From the IMG/VR virus record IMGVR_UViG_3300038345_000118, positions 1 to 64,000 of that record: DNA of 64,000 nucleotides, one strand, 5' to 3'. Position numbers and translations under genes: made by a program. The notes beneath the pieces are model-generated. The model saw nothing but the letters and a program-made list of their open reading frames with translations, did no database searches and was not told the origin of the DNA. Positions 18,617 through 29,630 of this stretch are shown here, piece after piece. This DNA comes from a virus (taxonomy: Duplodnaviria > Caudoviricetes). Every line of letters starts with the position of its first letter. The stretch's first letter is position 1.

Positions 18617-19375
18617 TTAGTGATTCATTCGTTTTTCTATATCTCGCTGTTCGGTCTTGTTGGCCCAGCGTGCCAGGCGACGACCGTTCTGTCCGTTGGC
18701 CTCACGGATATAACCGAGGTTCAGCAGACGGTTGTACTCAGACGTGACGAACTCCACCAATGGGCGGCGCATGTGAGGAGAACCTGTTCCGATATCGTCG
18801 AGGTCAATACGGCGGTTCTGTATGCAGATGCGGTTGCAGGCTGCATGTTCCACACTACCCTTATCCTTGTAAAGGTTCTTCCGCTTGGTGGTCAGCAGTT
18901 CCTTTAAAGTGGTGGCCAACCCTGACGGGAAGTATTCGCGGTACATTTTGCGTTCGTCCTCTTCGGAGGTAGTCACCAGCACATCACCGTAGTTGTCTGT
19001 CCAGCGATACTTGCATGATTGCATATTACGGAACATTTGTTCCAGACGGTCTATGTCATCGGCAATCACCAGTCCGCTGATGTCCTGCGGGTGGCAGTAG
19101 AGATACTGCGCACTCTTCTTTAGCTGCGGGCAGCAAGCGGGGCCGTAGTTCTCCTTACGAAGCGTCCATCCGTCGGCCATCAAAAGAGCAACTACCTCGT
19201 TGTAGAAGGCGCTGACAGCGTTCCCTCCTGCCTCTCGCGCCTCCTTGCTGTAGTCATAAAGTGCCTTATCATAGGCAGGTATGTTGATACGAAAATGTAC
19301 GTCTGACAGCTTCTGCCGTCCGTTTGCCTCATATTGTTTTACTTTCGGCCGCAGGTCGATTGTTGTTGTTGTCAT
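18617..19375 (-). CDS. Hypothetical protein
   Basis: 252-aa ORF in the train. Confidence 0.7.
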   Translation of the reverse strand: MTTTTIDLRPKVKQYEANGRQKLSDVHFRINIPAYDKALYDYSKEAREAGGNAVSAFYNEVVALLMADGWTLRKENYGPACCPQLKKSAQYLYCHPQDISGLVIADDIDRLEQMFRNMQSCKYRWTDNYGDVLVTTSEEDERKMYREYFPSGLATTLKELLTTKRKNLYKDKGSVEHAACNRICIQNRRIDLDDIGTGSPHMRRPLVEFVTSEYNRLLNLGYIREANGQNGRRLARWANKTEQRDIEKRMNH

Positions 19376-19393
19376 AGTCGTAATGTTTTAGAT

Positions 19394-19663
19394 TTAATAC
19401 TTCATGTTAGCATATTCCGGATGTCTTTGCCGGATAAGATAGGGGATATCTTGTATTTCGCGCATCTGAAGGTTTAGCTCGTCAATAGACGGTAACTGCC
19501 AGAACGGTTTGAAATAGATACTGATGTCGCGAGAGTTGGGGTAAGTCACGCCGTGCTTACCCCTTGCAACCCTCGTGGCTATTTTCTGTATGATGGAGTA
19601 TTTCTTGCATTCATCGCGGGCTTCTTTAACTTCCCACTTCCCAACTGTTATCTGTAAGTCCAT
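19394..19663 (-). CDS. Hypothetical protein
   Basis: Packed ORF. Confidence 0.55.
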   Translation of the reverse strand: MDLQITVGKWEVKEARDECKKYSIIQKIATRVARGKHGVTYPNSRDISIYFKPFWQLPSIDELNLQMREIQDIPYLIRQRHPEYANMKY

Positions 19664-19674
19664 AACCGTGTTTC

Positions 19675-20325
19675 TTAATGTTTCTCACTATCACCTTCGT
19701 AAACCTCCGTGGCCCGCTTCACGAGCAGGTCGCGGTTATGATTTGAGAGTTCGGCATAGAACCGCTCGGCAGCTCCATACACGCTGTGTTCCTTGCAGAT
19801 GCCAAGCCACTTGTTCCAGAAGTGCTGCCAGTTGTTTCCGGGAGCGGAGAAAGCCTTCTGGCACTCCTCCTTGCACCAGGCGTTCCACATGTAGAAGAAG
19901 AATGAAGTAACGTCGTTCTTGGGCTTTTCGGGCTGTGGCTTCATTGCCTTTTCCAGCCATGCAATTATGTTCTTCAACACATCTTCCGGCACATCCTCGG
20001 GATCAATCGCCATATCGCCCTCGTCGCCGTCTGGTGTAAACAGGAATACCAGCGGTGTAACATCATCGTCGGGGTCGTAAGCCATGCAGAACAGCCAACC
20101 GCTTTCCTGCGTATTGTCATCATAGGTGATGGTGCAGGGTTTCAGACCGTCACACACAGGCTTACCGTCACCTCCGAAGTTGTAGAGGTCGATGCTAATA
20201 GCTGCACCGTCAGCACTATGTTCATGTACCCACAACGGGTATCCTTCCATGCGGCCCTTAAAGTAGGCCATCTGTACCGTTGCCATCAGGTCGGTCAGGC
20301 ACTTAATCAATTCTTGCTTGTTCAT
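19675..20325 (-). CDS. Hypothetical two-domain protein
   Basis: 216-aa ORF in the train. Confidence 0.65.
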   Translation of the reverse strand: MNKQELIKCLTDLMATVQMAYFKGRMEGYPLWVHEHSADGAAISIDLYNFGGDGKPVCDGLKPCTITYDDNTQESGWLFCMAYDPDDDVTPLVFLFTPDGDEGDMAIDPEDVPEDVLKNIIAWLEKAMKPQPEKPKNDVTSFFFYMWNAWCKEECQKAFSAPGNNWQHFWNKWLGICKEHSVYGAAERFYAELSNHNRDLLVKRATEVYEGDSEKH

Positions 20326-20381
20326 AGTTGTTGTCGTTTTAGGGTTAATAATTCTTGCAACGGCTGAGCCGCTGCCTACGG

Positions 20382-20810
20382 TTAAAGTTCCAATAGGATG
20401 TCGTCAATGTCTCCTTCGTTCTCCCACCAGCCTTCGGGCAGGTCGTTGTCTTGGCCGTATTCTTCCAGCAGGTCGATCACGTGAGCATCGTCTATTCCAG
20501 TATTGACAGGCATGCGGTGTTTCATATTGTAGGTCACTTGCATACGAATAGCCACAGTCCTTTCAGTGCCCAACTGTTCACACACATAGTCGAGAGCAGG
20601 TTTCAGCGGATCAGCATCGGTATCATCCTCGCACTCGCTGACCTCGATAATTGAGTAGTCGGTGCAAGCGTCGATGTTGCTTGTGTACTGATAGGGATTA
20701 GCCTTGCAGCGTTCTTCCACCATCTGCTCGGCCTGCTCTGCTGTTTCTGCATCCACATAGATGCGCTTGGTGACGCGGAAATCCACGTCGATTGCAAATT
20801 GTTTAGCCAT
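20382..20810 (-). CDS. Acidic hypothetical protein
   Basis: 142-aa D/E-rich ORF. Confidence 0.6.
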   Translation of the reverse strand: MAKQFAIDVDFRVTKRIYVDAETAEQAEQMVEERCKANPYQYTSNIDACTDYSIIEVSECEDDTDADPLKPALDYVCEQLGTERTVAIRMQVTYNMKHRMPVNTGIDDAHVIDLLEEYGQDNDLPEGWWENEGDIDDILLEL

Positions 20811-20855
20811 AACTAAATTCGATTTTTATTGATTTTGACAAGAAGGCGAACTTCC

Positions 20856-23800
20856 TCACGCAGCCACTTTGACGGGCTGGTGAGGAGTTTCGCTTTCACG
20901 TAGTTCCTTCTCAATCTTACGGTCGAGAAGGGTGAGCTCGGTACGCAGTTTCATTAACTCGCTCTCCTTACCCCAGGTGAGGGTGAGGATTGACGAGAGC
21001 TGTTCTATGCGTACTCGGTTATCCTCCTTGCGGGTCTCCCATCCGTCGATAATCTCTGGAATGCGTTGGAGCACCTGTAAGGGATATTCAGCGGACAAGC
21101 GGGCAGAACTGCAGTTGAGTTTTCCGCTGTTGTTCTGGTAGATGAGACGGGAACCCTTCACAAAGAAGCGGTTCTCATAGATAGGATCACCCATCAGTTT
21201 GGCCGTGACCACCGTCTTCACCATCACGGGAAATCCGTAGATGCTTCCGACGGTCTTATACTGCTCGGGGGCAGTATGCTCGGTTTCGCAGATGTGCTGC
21301 AGTTCCTTGCCCATGGATTTGATGTCGGCATCCTTGCAACCGGCTATCTCTAAAGCATTCTCCACTGCACCGTCGGCTGTCAGACGGCGGGCCTTGTTGA
21401 ACCTGGCAAGGTCTTCGCGGGCATCCTGAATGCTGTGATCCAGTCGCTCGTTTTCGGCAATCATATCCGTGCGCTTCTGCTCCTGCTCCGCATGGTCTCG
21501 GAGAAAACTCTTGCGCTCGGCTTCCAGTCCGGCAATCTTTTTCTCCAGCTTGGCACGCTCCAGCAAATCGGTGTTGCCGGAGAGAATAGCCATATACTCA
21601 GAGAAATTCATGCCCGTGTTCTCGTCCATCGCTCCCTCATCGAGGGTACGGATGGAAAGCTGTCCGCGTTTCAACTGGTTAATAAACGTCTGCTTACAAT
21701 GTAAGAGATTGAACTTATAGCTGTCAAGGCTTCTCTCCACGGCGTAGATAATCACGTCCACCTTATTGTCGGCGTACAGCTTGGCAATCTCGTTACCCTT
21801 GCGGACGGCTCGTCCGTCACGCTGTTCCAAATCGGAGGGTCGCCACGGTGTATCGAGGTGATGCACCGCAACAATCCGCTGCTGAGCGTTGACACCCGTT
21901 CCGAGCATCGACGTACTGCCGAAGAGCACACGGATGTTACCCTTGTTCACCTCGTCGATCATCTTCTGCTTGGCCTTGTCACTCTTACACTCCTGAATGA
22001 AACGAATTTCAGAGGCAGGGATGCCGTACTCACTGATCAGCTTGTGCTTGATTTCCGAATAGACGTTCCAGCCCCCGTTGTTACCCTGCCACGTACTCAG
22101 ATCGGAGAACACCAACTGTGTGCCCTTCTGCTTGTCGTACTGACGGTAGTACTTGGCAATTTGCTTGGCGCACTGGCTTGCCTTGTTGTTGGGATGGTCG
22201 CCATACGCAGGGTCAATCATTCGCATATCAAGCGACATCTTACGGGCCTGATCGGTGGCGTAGAGCATCTTGGCCTTCTTCTGCTTGTCGGTTGGATTCT
22301 TAATACCAATCAGGCTGAAATCGCCATCCTTGGCAAACTTCATCAGCACCTTTATATATTCCTCCTGGTCGGGGGTAGGCTTGATGTTCATCAGCATGGC
22401 GTTCTTGGCGGGTCGCTCAATGCCCACATCCTCGGCAGTGCGGAAATCGGTAATCTCATTATAGAACATCGCCAGCTCAGGCACCTTGATAAAGTAACGG
22501 AAACGTTCCTTCAGTACTATTGAGTTGGTAATGCTGAACTCAAACTCCTGCGACTTCTTGGTGAAGATAGCGGCCCACGCATCGAAACAGGTGATACGCT
22601 GATCTGCCAAAGCATTTGGACGGAGATAGCGGAACAGGCTGTAAAGCTCCGTCAGCGAGTTTGTCACCGTGGTACCACTCAGGAACGTGGCTCCGAGGTC
22701 GCGGCCTGTGCGTTTCTGAATCGTGCGGATAGCCATGAGCAGGTTAAAGGCTCGCTTGCTCCCCTCTGTGTTGCCGATGCCGGCCACACGGTCGTGACGG
22801 GTGGTAAAGCCGAGGTTCTTGAACTGATGGCTCTCATCGACAAAGATATGGTCGATACCCATCATGCGGAAGTCCACGATGTCATCCTTCCTATTGCGCA
22901 TGCTGTTCTGCAGTTCACGTAACTTTGCCTCACGGTTGCGCTTCCTGGTTTCCAGTCCGCGACGCATCTTAGACGAGATGTCGTAGCCATATTCACCTAA
23001 GAGGTCAAGTGCATCTTCCAGCTGTTGCAGCTCGTCGCGCAGCAACTCCTCCTGTACCTCGTCACTCTGAGGAATGCGGCCAAACTGGTCGTGCGACATG
23101 ATGATGCAGTCGTAGTCGTTGTTCTTCGCATTGTTCAGGAACTCAATGCGGTTGGCTCCGCTGTAGTCGGCGGCTGTAGCAAACAATATCTTTGCATCGG
23201 GGTAGGCTGTGCGGTAGGTCTCGGCAATCGCACTGACGTTGGCCTTCAATCCGATAATCATCGGCTTGTGGCACATACCCAGTCGCTTCATCTCGTGTGC
23301 AGCAATACACATGATGAGCGTCTTGCCACTGCCTACCTCGTGGTCGCAGATACCGCCGCCGTTCAAGAGCAACATCCAAATGCAGTCCTTCTGTGAGTCG
23401 TACAGACGTTCAATGCCGTACTTGGCTTTCAGACCGACCATATCAAGACCGGGGAATGTCTGGTGACTGCCGTCGTACTTAGGTTTCACGAAACAGTTGA
23501 ACCGGCGGTTATAGACATCGGCCAGCTTATCGCGAAACGCCTTGGGCTGACGCTGCAGCCAGTCCTCATAACCCTGTCGGATTTCCTCAATCTTGGCAGC
23601 GGCCAGCTGTGTCTTCTCAGGGTCTTCCACCTTGATTTTGTCATAGTTGTCGGTATAGACATAGAATCCATCCTTGTCACGCAGATACTTCATCATCTGC
23701 GGCGTGGTGTTGTGCAGGGCATGTGTCAGCAGGTCCATGCCGTCAAGCTGCTTGGTAGCCTCACTGCTCACGCTGTACTGCGACCAGATCTTTTCGTTAT

Positions 23801-25742
23801 GATGGTCGGCACTGACGGCGTACTGGTCAATCTGCGGCTCGTACTTCACCGTTACTTTCACCTTGCCGGACCAATAACTGTTGTCCTTATCGTCGGGCAT
23901 CGAGAAAAACTCCGTGGCAAACTTGCTATACACATCGGCATCCACCCAGCGCTCACCGAGGTTGAAGTCCAACTGCTCGAAGGGGATAGGCTCTGGCACT
24001 GCCTCTCGCAGTGCCTGAAGTGAAGAGTGAAGAGTGAAGAGTGAAGAATCTTCACGATTACCATGTATCAGTTCCGGGTACTTCCGTTCAATGGCCTCTA
24101 TCTTCTCGATGACGTTGCCGCTGATGAACTTCGACTTAATTTCATATTCGCCTTCCAGGGGGTTATAGAACACCTCGCCTTGTAGCTCGCCAAGCAACTG
24201 CTCAGCATCCATGCCGGTCAGCGACTCCATATAACCGATGTGCGGCTCGCCGTACTCGTTCAGACTGGCGGCCAGGGCTTCCTTTGCGGTGTAGGTCTTA
24301 TCCTCTTCCTCGGTGGCAAAGGCAATAGGGCGGAGCATGATGTCGGCTTTCTGCCAACAGCCATCGGTCTTCACCTCAATGCCCAACAGTTCCTTCGCCA
24401 CGCGCTCCACCGTAGGCTGGTTCTTAGCGTCGTGCAGATAGCCGAACTCCTTCACAAAGTCATCGTAGAGCTTGTTCAGGTCGCGGCGAAGCTCCGCTTT
24501 CTCTATCTGCTCGTTCTGCTCCTGCTCGTACAACTGCGTGTAGCATTCCTGAATGGCCGTCAGCACCTTCTCCTTCTTGGTCAGGCGCTTCGCCTTGGGT
24601 TTGTTGGCGCTTGATGTCGTTGTAACGTTATTACGTGATGACGTTATAACGAGGTTTGCCGACAAGTCGGCTGCAAGCACTTTCTGCAAATCTTCAGCAA
24701 TGCCCTGCACACCGTCCTTATGCAGATAGGTAAACCCGGGCTTGCCGTAGGCATCGGTGTCAACCTTGCTGCTCGTGGCAATCACATGGTCGGGCTTCAT
24801 GGTGAAGTACAGGTTGGTGGGGCAGTCGTTGTCGGTATAGGCAGAGAGCAGCAGCGTCTCGTCGAGCGTCATCTCTCCCCTACCCTCTTCCTTCTGCAGC
24901 ACTAGCAGGTCAGTACCCACCTCCGTACCGTTGTCCTTGAACAGGTTGTTTGCCAGACGGTAGGCACCAATCAGGCGGGCACTCTTCAATGCCTCTGCCA
25001 GCTGCTCCGTGTCTCGGTTCAGATAATTGCTTGTGATGATGTAAGCCAGCAGACCGCCGTTACGCAGGCAGTCCAGACCTTTCAGCACATAGTAGCGGTG
25101 GATCATCCTTGCAGCATCACGGCGCACCTGATTGTCGCTGTTGCTATACGCAGGGTCGAACACCTGAATGTTACCAAACGGCACATTCGTGGTCACGAGG
25201 TCGAACTGTCCCAGGTCCTCGTTGGGGATAGTCTCGAAACCCTTGATGCGGATGTCAGAATAACGATAATGTCCGTACTTTGCATTCAGGATAACGCCTG
25301 TCAATAAATCTTTCTCGTAAGCCACCATGCGATGACAACCTTCACACACAGAAGGAGTTTGAAGAAAAACGCCCTTTCCTGCAGCAGGGTCAAGAACATT
25401 TGCCGTAGGCATTGCATCCCATAATGTCGTACTTATAGCAGCCACAAATTCCCATGGTGTATAGAACGCCGTCAGCGTAGATGCCTTCAATGATTGCATC
25501 CATGCCTTAAACTCGCGCTCATCCTTACTGTTGTCACGCAGCAGGTTATGAAGGCGCGTCGTATCGCAGAAGCAGTCGAGGTCGCTTGCTGCCCATGCTC
25601 CAGTGTCGAGCGGATTGAGCACGAAGCCCAAACCGCCAAAGCCGGTATATTTATTCAGTATGTCGTTGTCGCACTTGTCTGTTGTAAGTGCATGCTCTAA
25701 TGCCGCGATGTTATCGCGCAGTCTCTGTAATTTCGTTGCCAT
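20856..25742 (-). CDS. DarB-like N6-adenine methyltransferase / SNF2 helicase fusion
   Basis: VLDPAAGKGVF and TNVPFG methylase motifs; HEVGSGKT, DESHQF, GTGVNAQ and WRPSDLEQRDGR helicase motifs; same architecture as phage P1 DarB. Confidence 0.9.
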   Translation of the reverse strand: MATKLQRLRDNIAALEHALTTDKCDNDILNKYTGFGGLGFVLNPLDTGAWAASDLDCFCDTTRLHNLLRDNSKDEREFKAWMQSLKASTLTAFYTPWEFVAAISTTLWDAMPTANVLDPAAGKGVFLQTPSVCEGCHRMVAYEKDLLTGVILNAKYGHYRYSDIRIKGFETIPNEDLGQFDLVTTNVPFGNIQVFDPAYSNSDNQVRRDAARMIHRYYVLKGLDCLRNGGLLAYIITSNYLNRDTEQLAEALKSARLIGAYRLANNLFKDNGTEVGTDLLVLQKEEGRGEMTLDETLLLSAYTDNDCPTNLYFTMKPDHVIATSSKVDTDAYGKPGFTYLHKDGVQGIAEDLQKVLAADLSANLVITSSRNNVTTTSSANKPKAKRLTKKEKVLTAIQECYTQLYEQEQNEQIEKAELRRDLNKLYDDFVKEFGYLHDAKNQPTVERVAKELLGIEVKTDGCWQKADIMLRPIAFATEEEDKTYTAKEALAASLNEYGEPHIGYMESLTGMDAEQLLGELQGEVFYNPLEGEYEIKSKFISGNVIEKIEAIERKYPELIHGNREDSSLFTLHSSLQALREAVPEPIPFEQLDFNLGERWVDADVYSKFATEFFSMPDDKDNSYWSGKVKVTVKYEPQIDQYAVSADHHNEKIWSQYSVSSEATKQLDGMDLLTHALHNTTPQMMKYLRDKDGFYVYTDNYDKIKVEDPEKTQLAAAKIEEIRQGYEDWLQRQPKAFRDKLADVYNRRFNCFVKPKYDGSHQTFPGLDMVGLKAKYGIERLYDSQKDCIWMLLLNGGGICDHEVGSGKTLIMCIAAHEMKRLGMCHKPMIIGLKANVSAIAETYRTAYPDAKILFATAADYSGANRIEFLNNAKNNDYDCIIMSHDQFGRIPQSDEVQEELLRDELQQLEDALDLLGEYGYDISSKMRRGLETRKRNREAKLRELQNSMRNRKDDIVDFRMMGIDHIFVDESHQFKNLGFTTRHDRVAGIGNTEGSKRAFNLLMAIRTIQKRTGRDLGATFLSGTTVTNSLTELYSLFRYLRPNALADQRITCFDAWAAIFTKKSQEFEFSITNSIVLKERFRYFIKVPELAMFYNEITDFRTAEDVGIERPAKNAMLMNIKPTPDQEEYIKVLMKFAKDGDFSLIGIKNPTDKQKKAKMLYATDQARKMSLDMRMIDPAYGDHPNNKASQCAKQIAKYYRQYDKQKGTQLVFSDLSTWQGNNGGWNVYSEIKHKLISEYGIPASEIRFIQECKSDKAKQKMIDEVNKGNIRVLFGSTSMLGTGVNAQQRIVAVHHLDTPWRPSDLEQRDGRAVRKGNEIAKLYADNKVDVIIYAVERSLDSYKFNLLHCKQTFINQLKRGQLSIRTLDEGAMDENTGMNFSEYMAILSGNTDLLERAKLEKKIAGLEAERKSFLRDHAEQEQKRTDMIAENERLDHSIQDAREDLARFNKARRLTADGAVENALEIAGCKDADIKSMGKELQHICETEHTAPEQYKTVGSIYGFPVMVKTVVTAKLMGDPIYENRFFVKGSRLIYQNNSGKLNCSSARLSAEYPLQVLQRIPEIIDGWETRKEDNRVRIEQLSSILTLTWGKESELMKLRTELTLLDRKIEKELRESETPHQPVKVAA

Positions 25743-25745
25743 AAC

Positions 25746-25979
25746 TTACGCCTCCTTGATTTTGATAAATATATTGTAACGAAGCAGTGCAAACACCACC
25801 TCGTAAAGTGTGTCAATAGTTAAGAACTCTGTCCAGAAAGTCGGCCTCTCTTCCTCGTCCCTTGTAACCACCGCAAACCTGGTTCCGCATCGTGGATCGG
25901 CCTGCTCTACATGAGCTTTAGAGTTGAAGTTGTTTTGCAACCAATACTCTATCGTTTGAATCTTTTCTTTCGTTGCCAT
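25746..25979 (-). CDS. Hypothetical protein
   Basis: Packed ORF. Confidence 0.55.
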   Translation of the reverse strand: MATKEKIQTIEYWLQNNFNSKAHVEQADPRCGTRFAVVTRDEEERPTFWTEFLTIDTLYEVVFALLRYNIFIKIKEA

Positions 25980-26018
25980 AACTTATGTTTTTTGAGTTTA
26001 TCGTTTTTAATTGTTTAT

Positions 26019-26411
26019 TTATTCACATTCAAAATAGAATATCACGTTGAGCATGTTGCCCAACTGATAGAACTCTACCACCAGGTCGGGGTTGTCCTCA
26101 CACTCCCACGCCTTGAACATCTTGCGGTAGTCGGCCAGAACAGCGTCGCGGGTGTACTTCCAATCCTCTGTGCCGGGAACAGCAATCACGGTAATGGTAA
26201 CACAGTTGTCGCCATATTTCCACCGTGCATCCACCAGTGCGCTCTCACACTTAATGCCCTGCTCATCTTTCACGGCCTTATAGCCTATCAGGTGACGTGT
26301 CCTTGAACCGTCGCGATGGTCGTGAGCCGCATAGAAATCCTCGAACACCTCGTCCTCGAACGGGTCTTCCATCAAATTCTTGTTATCAATAGGTGCTGCA
26401 ATTTTTTTCAT
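26019..26411 (-). CDS. Hypothetical acidic protein
   Basis: Packed ORF. Confidence 0.6.
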   Translation of the reverse strand: MKKIAAPIDNKNLMEDPFEDEVFEDFYAAHDHRDGSRTRHLIGYKAVKDEQGIKCESALVDARWKYGDNCVTITVIAVPGTEDWKYTRDAVLADYRKMFKAWECEDNPDLVVEFYQLGNMLNVIFYFECE

Positions 26412-26416
26412 TGTCG

Positions 26417-26740
26417 TTATCTTTTTAGTTTGTCGTTTTTGAATTTTGCATAACTCTCATAGTTCCAAACCAGACCTTGGTCGTCGTAGAACCTGATACC
26501 TTTGCAGTTATAGTCACACAACCATGCGAAATCATTCATCAGGACCTCACTATGATGGCCTGTCCATGAATATTCAAAAGAACCATCGAGGTGATGACGC
26601 TGACCTATGGATGAACAGTCGTCAATAGTCGCTGCCTCCTTTTCGGCAAATTTCTTAGCGTCATTATATTCTTCAAAGTAAGCACGATATTCAGTGCTTT
26701 CACCTCTGATTTTCCGTACTGTATAAATCGTCTTAAACAT
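26417..26740 (-). CDS. Hypothetical protein
   Basis: Packed ORF. Confidence 0.55.
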   Translation of the reverse strand: MFKTIYTVRKIRGESTEYRAYFEEYNDAKKFAEKEAATIDDCSSIGQRHHLDGSFEYSWTGHHSEVLMNDFAWLCDYNCKGIRFYDDQGLVWNYESYAKFKNDKLKR

Positions 26741-26758
26741 AGCCGTAATCTTTTATCT

Positions 26759-27340
26759 TCACGCTGCCATCCTTGCCAGCAGTGCTTGGCGCAACTGCTC
26801 AGCAAGCGTAAGAGGTTTTGCCGCAGGCATAGGCTTTACAATAGCCTTTGTCTTCGTGGCTGCCTTCTTTTTCCGTTCTCCCCTCGGGGAGTTAGAGGGG
26901 GTTTTTGCTTTTGTTTTCTTCACCTCGGGCAGCACCGCCCACCGTTCGCCGCCCTTGGCGCAGAAGCGCACCTTCTGTCTCATGGACGGGCAGTTCAGCT
27001 TGCAGAATCCTGAGGTGACGTCAAAGATATTGTCGAGGCGGTAGGAGAAGCGGAAGTTTCCGAACTCCATGCGTGTCTCCCACGTCTTCTTGCTGAAGCC
27101 CAAAAGTCCTCCGTCACCGGCGAACGTCGAGATGAAGACGTCCCAGTGCTCGCACAGCCCCATGTCCTCGATGATGATGCCCGGTGCGCTTTCGTAGCAC
27201 TTGTTCCCGTGCAGTCCCTGAAGGACTTCGCTCAGCCTAAACTCACCTTCGTTTGGGTTTCTGGTGCAGTGCTCCCACACCCATGCGCACTGCCGCAATA
27301 GCGACATGGCGATACGCATATTCAATTCCTGTTGTTCCAT
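26759..27340 (-). CDS. Hypothetical protein, C-terminal AA
   Basis: Ends TLAEQLRQALLARMAA. Confidence 0.65.
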   Translation of the reverse strand: MEQQELNMRIAMSLLRQCAWVWEHCTRNPNEGEFRLSEVLQGLHGNKCYESAPGIIIEDMGLCEHWDVFISTFAGDGGLLGFSKKTWETRMEFGNFRFSYRLDNIFDVTSGFCKLNCPSMRQKVRFCAKGGERWAVLPEVKKTKAKTPSNSPRGERKKKAATKTKAIVKPMPAAKPLTLAEQLRQALLARMAA

Positions 27341-27501
27341 AGTTGTATTTCGTTTAATTCGTTAAATTCGTTGTTCAAAGAGGGCTGGCCCGTCATCCCG
27401 ACGGGACAGCCCAACACTCAAAAAATTACAAGTTATGATATATCTTGTATTTAGTTCCCGTAGTCGCATCAAAGCATAGGTCAAGCCGCTACGGGATGGG
27501 G

Positions 27502-28113
27502 TTACTTCTCAATGTCATACATATCCACGCCCAGCTCGTCGGCCACAGCCGTGAGCGCCGTGTGGCTCCAGTGGTGTTCGCAGAAAACCTCGCTGCACTT
27601 CACAATCACCGCCTCCGTGATATCCTCAATAGAGGCGTAGGCATTCAGGTTTGCCGGCTCGTCGTACTGCTCGGCCAGCGCAGCGTTTACGCTCAGCAGG
27701 TCTTCCGTGCTTGCCATCGTAGCCGCGTCGTCAAGCACATAGCCCAGCGTCCGGTTCATCCACCTTACGGCGGCTTCCTCGCTGCCGCAATACTCATGCT
27801 CGTGCACGAACTTGCCACCATTCATCAACACCGGCGACGACGGAGACGTATCGACATGCACGATGCAGCGGATAATCCTGTCGCAACGCCGCATCGACTT
27901 CACCCGCACATCGGGCCACGCCTCGCTCACCAGCCGGTCCAGTTCCTCCTCATAGAAGCCGCTGGCATAGTTCTCCGTATCTCCGTCGCTCCAGCTGACG
28001 TTAAGCGAATAGCAGTTACCTCCCAACTCACGGCGCACCTCCAACTGTGCGCCATACTCCTTCAGGTTCTCGTTGGCCTTTTCCAGGGCGGCCTCCCATG
28101 ATTTCTTTGCCAT
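27502..28113 (-). CDS. Hypothetical acidic protein
   Basis: 203-aa ORF. Confidence 0.65.
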   Translation of the reverse strand: MAKKSWEAALEKANENLKEYGAQLEVRRELGGNCYSLNVSWSDGDTENYASGFYEEELDRLVSEAWPDVRVKSMRRCDRIIRCIVHVDTSPSSPVLMNGGKFVHEHEYCGSEEAAVRWMNRTLGYVLDDAATMASTEDLLSVNAALAEQYDEPANLNAYASIEDITEAVIVKCSEVFCEHHWSHTALTAVADELGVDMYDIEK

Positions 28114-28136
28114 AGTTTTGTTACTCGTTTAATGTA

Positions 28137-28883
28137 TTACCTCTCAATCCCATTCTCGTGCAGATACACTTGGCGCATAGCCTCGTGGTAGTCGTCGGCG
28201 TTCACGGCGAAGTAACCTTTTGCGTCAATGAAGCGGTCGATGTCGCCGTCCACGTCCTCGATATTCCCGTTGCAGTGTACGAAGAACAGCGGGCAGTCTG
28301 CAAAGCTGTAGATGAGATTGCTCTCGCCCCGGTGGGTGTCACCGTCCACACGGCGCAGCCGCACCGTCTCGCTATAGTCGTCGGCATCGTCGCAGTAAGT
28401 CTGCACCAGACTGGTCCACACCTTCTCAACCACCTTCACCGCATCCTCCAGCTTCACGTCATCGTCCTTCACGTCCACGTCCTCTCCATCGTAGAGCACA
28501 TACACCTCATAGTTCGGCCCTGTCTGATACGCCTCGATATATATCTGTGCCTTCACGTCCTCCTGCTCCAGGTGCTCGTTGGCCAGTGTGACATACTGCG
28601 TCACTTCCTCCCACATCTTGTCGCGCTTCGTGTCAATGCCGAAAGCCGCCATCATGCGCTGCTGGTTGTCATCCGACAGCGAGTCAATGTCGATGTCGCC
28701 CTCAAACTCCTTGCATCCGCAGTGTAGGTATATCTTGTCCTCCTTGTCGGAGTACCAGATGGTTTCCACGTCCACCGCCGTCGGCCCGATATAGAGCGTC
28801 ACGTTGTTTCCCTCTGCATAGAAATTATGCTCATGGCTGCTCATATAGTCCATCGCAGCCTCCTGTATTGATGTCTTTGTCAT
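28137..28883 (-). CDS. Highly acidic hypothetical protein
   Basis: 248-aa D/E-rich ORF. Confidence 0.7.
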   Translation of the reverse strand: MTKTSIQEAAMDYMSSHEHNFYAEGNNVTLYIGPTAVDVETIWYSDKEDKIYLHCGCKEFEGDIDIDSLSDDNQQRMMAAFGIDTKRDKMWEEVTQYVTLANEHLEQEDVKAQIYIEAYQTGPNYEVYVLYDGEDVDVKDDDVKLEDAVKVVEKVWTSLVQTYCDDADDYSETVRLRRVDGDTHRGESNLIYSFADCPLFFVHCNGNIEDVDGDIDRFIDAKGYFAVNADDYHEAMRQVYLHENGIER

Positions 28884-28901
28884 AGCCGTTACACGTTTAA
28901 G

Positions 28902-29387
28902 TTATTCATCCTTCACTTTCTCCACATCCCTACGCAGATGCCAGTAGATAGCCTGCGTCAGGTAGTCCAGTTCTGCCAGCGACATTTCAGATGCAGGGCT
29001 GTGGTCTGGCTCAGCCTGCTCACTGTCCCAGCAAACACCGGAGTTCACAAACTGATAGAACATCAGTGTTTCATAGCCCGTCTCGTCGCGCTCAATATAC
29101 AGCGACCAGTAGGCATGATAGCCGAACTCGTCGGCCAGTTCGCTACTCAGCGGATGTACGTCTGCTGTCAGATCATCGCACCATTTCAGCGGCAGTGCCA
29201 TGTGGCATCCGAAATGGGCAATGTCAAACACCTTCACAATGGTATAGCCATCGTCCTCCTCAATTCCGTGTTCGTTAAGATAGTAGTCGTTATAGTCCTC
29301 TCCGTTCTCCTTGACCAACGTCATCAGCGTGTCAAGCATTTTCTTCTTGCACGCCTCCCTTATTAGATGAATTTGCTCTGATTTCAT
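28902..29387 (-). CDS. Acidic hypothetical protein
   Basis: 161-aa ORF. Confidence 0.65.
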   Translation of the reverse strand: MKSEQIHLIREACKKKMLDTLMTLVKENGEDYNDYYLNEHGIEEDDGYTIVKVFDIAHFGCHMALPLKWCDDLTADVHPLSSELADEFGYHAYWSLYIERDETGYETLMFYQFVNSGVCWDSEQAEPDHSPASEMSLAELDYLTQAIYWHLRRDVEKVKDE

Positions 29388-29399
29388 AATTGTTACTCG

Positions 29400-29630
29400 T
29401 TAAAGATTATACATCGGTATCTCGTCGCTGGCTGTCATACGACCTTCCATCAACTGAAAGAAGATAGTCTCATAGCGTTCATGCTCGCTACCCTCCGAGC
29501 ACTTCATGCCCTCGTAGTAGAACTCCAGCGCCTTGCGCCGCGTCATCTTCTCCGTTTTGCGGTAGCAGGTCACCGTTACCTTCTCATTCAGTTTTCTTGC
29601 ACTAAAATCTGCCATAGTCTTAAACCTCAA
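29400..29630 (-). CDS. Small phage hypothetical protein
   Basis: KVTVTCY...FYYEGMKCSEGSEHERY. Confidence 0.6.
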   Translation of the reverse strand: MRFKTMADFSARKLNEKVTVTCYRKTEKMTRRKALEFYYEGMKCSEGSEHERYETIFFQLMEGRMTASDEIPMYNL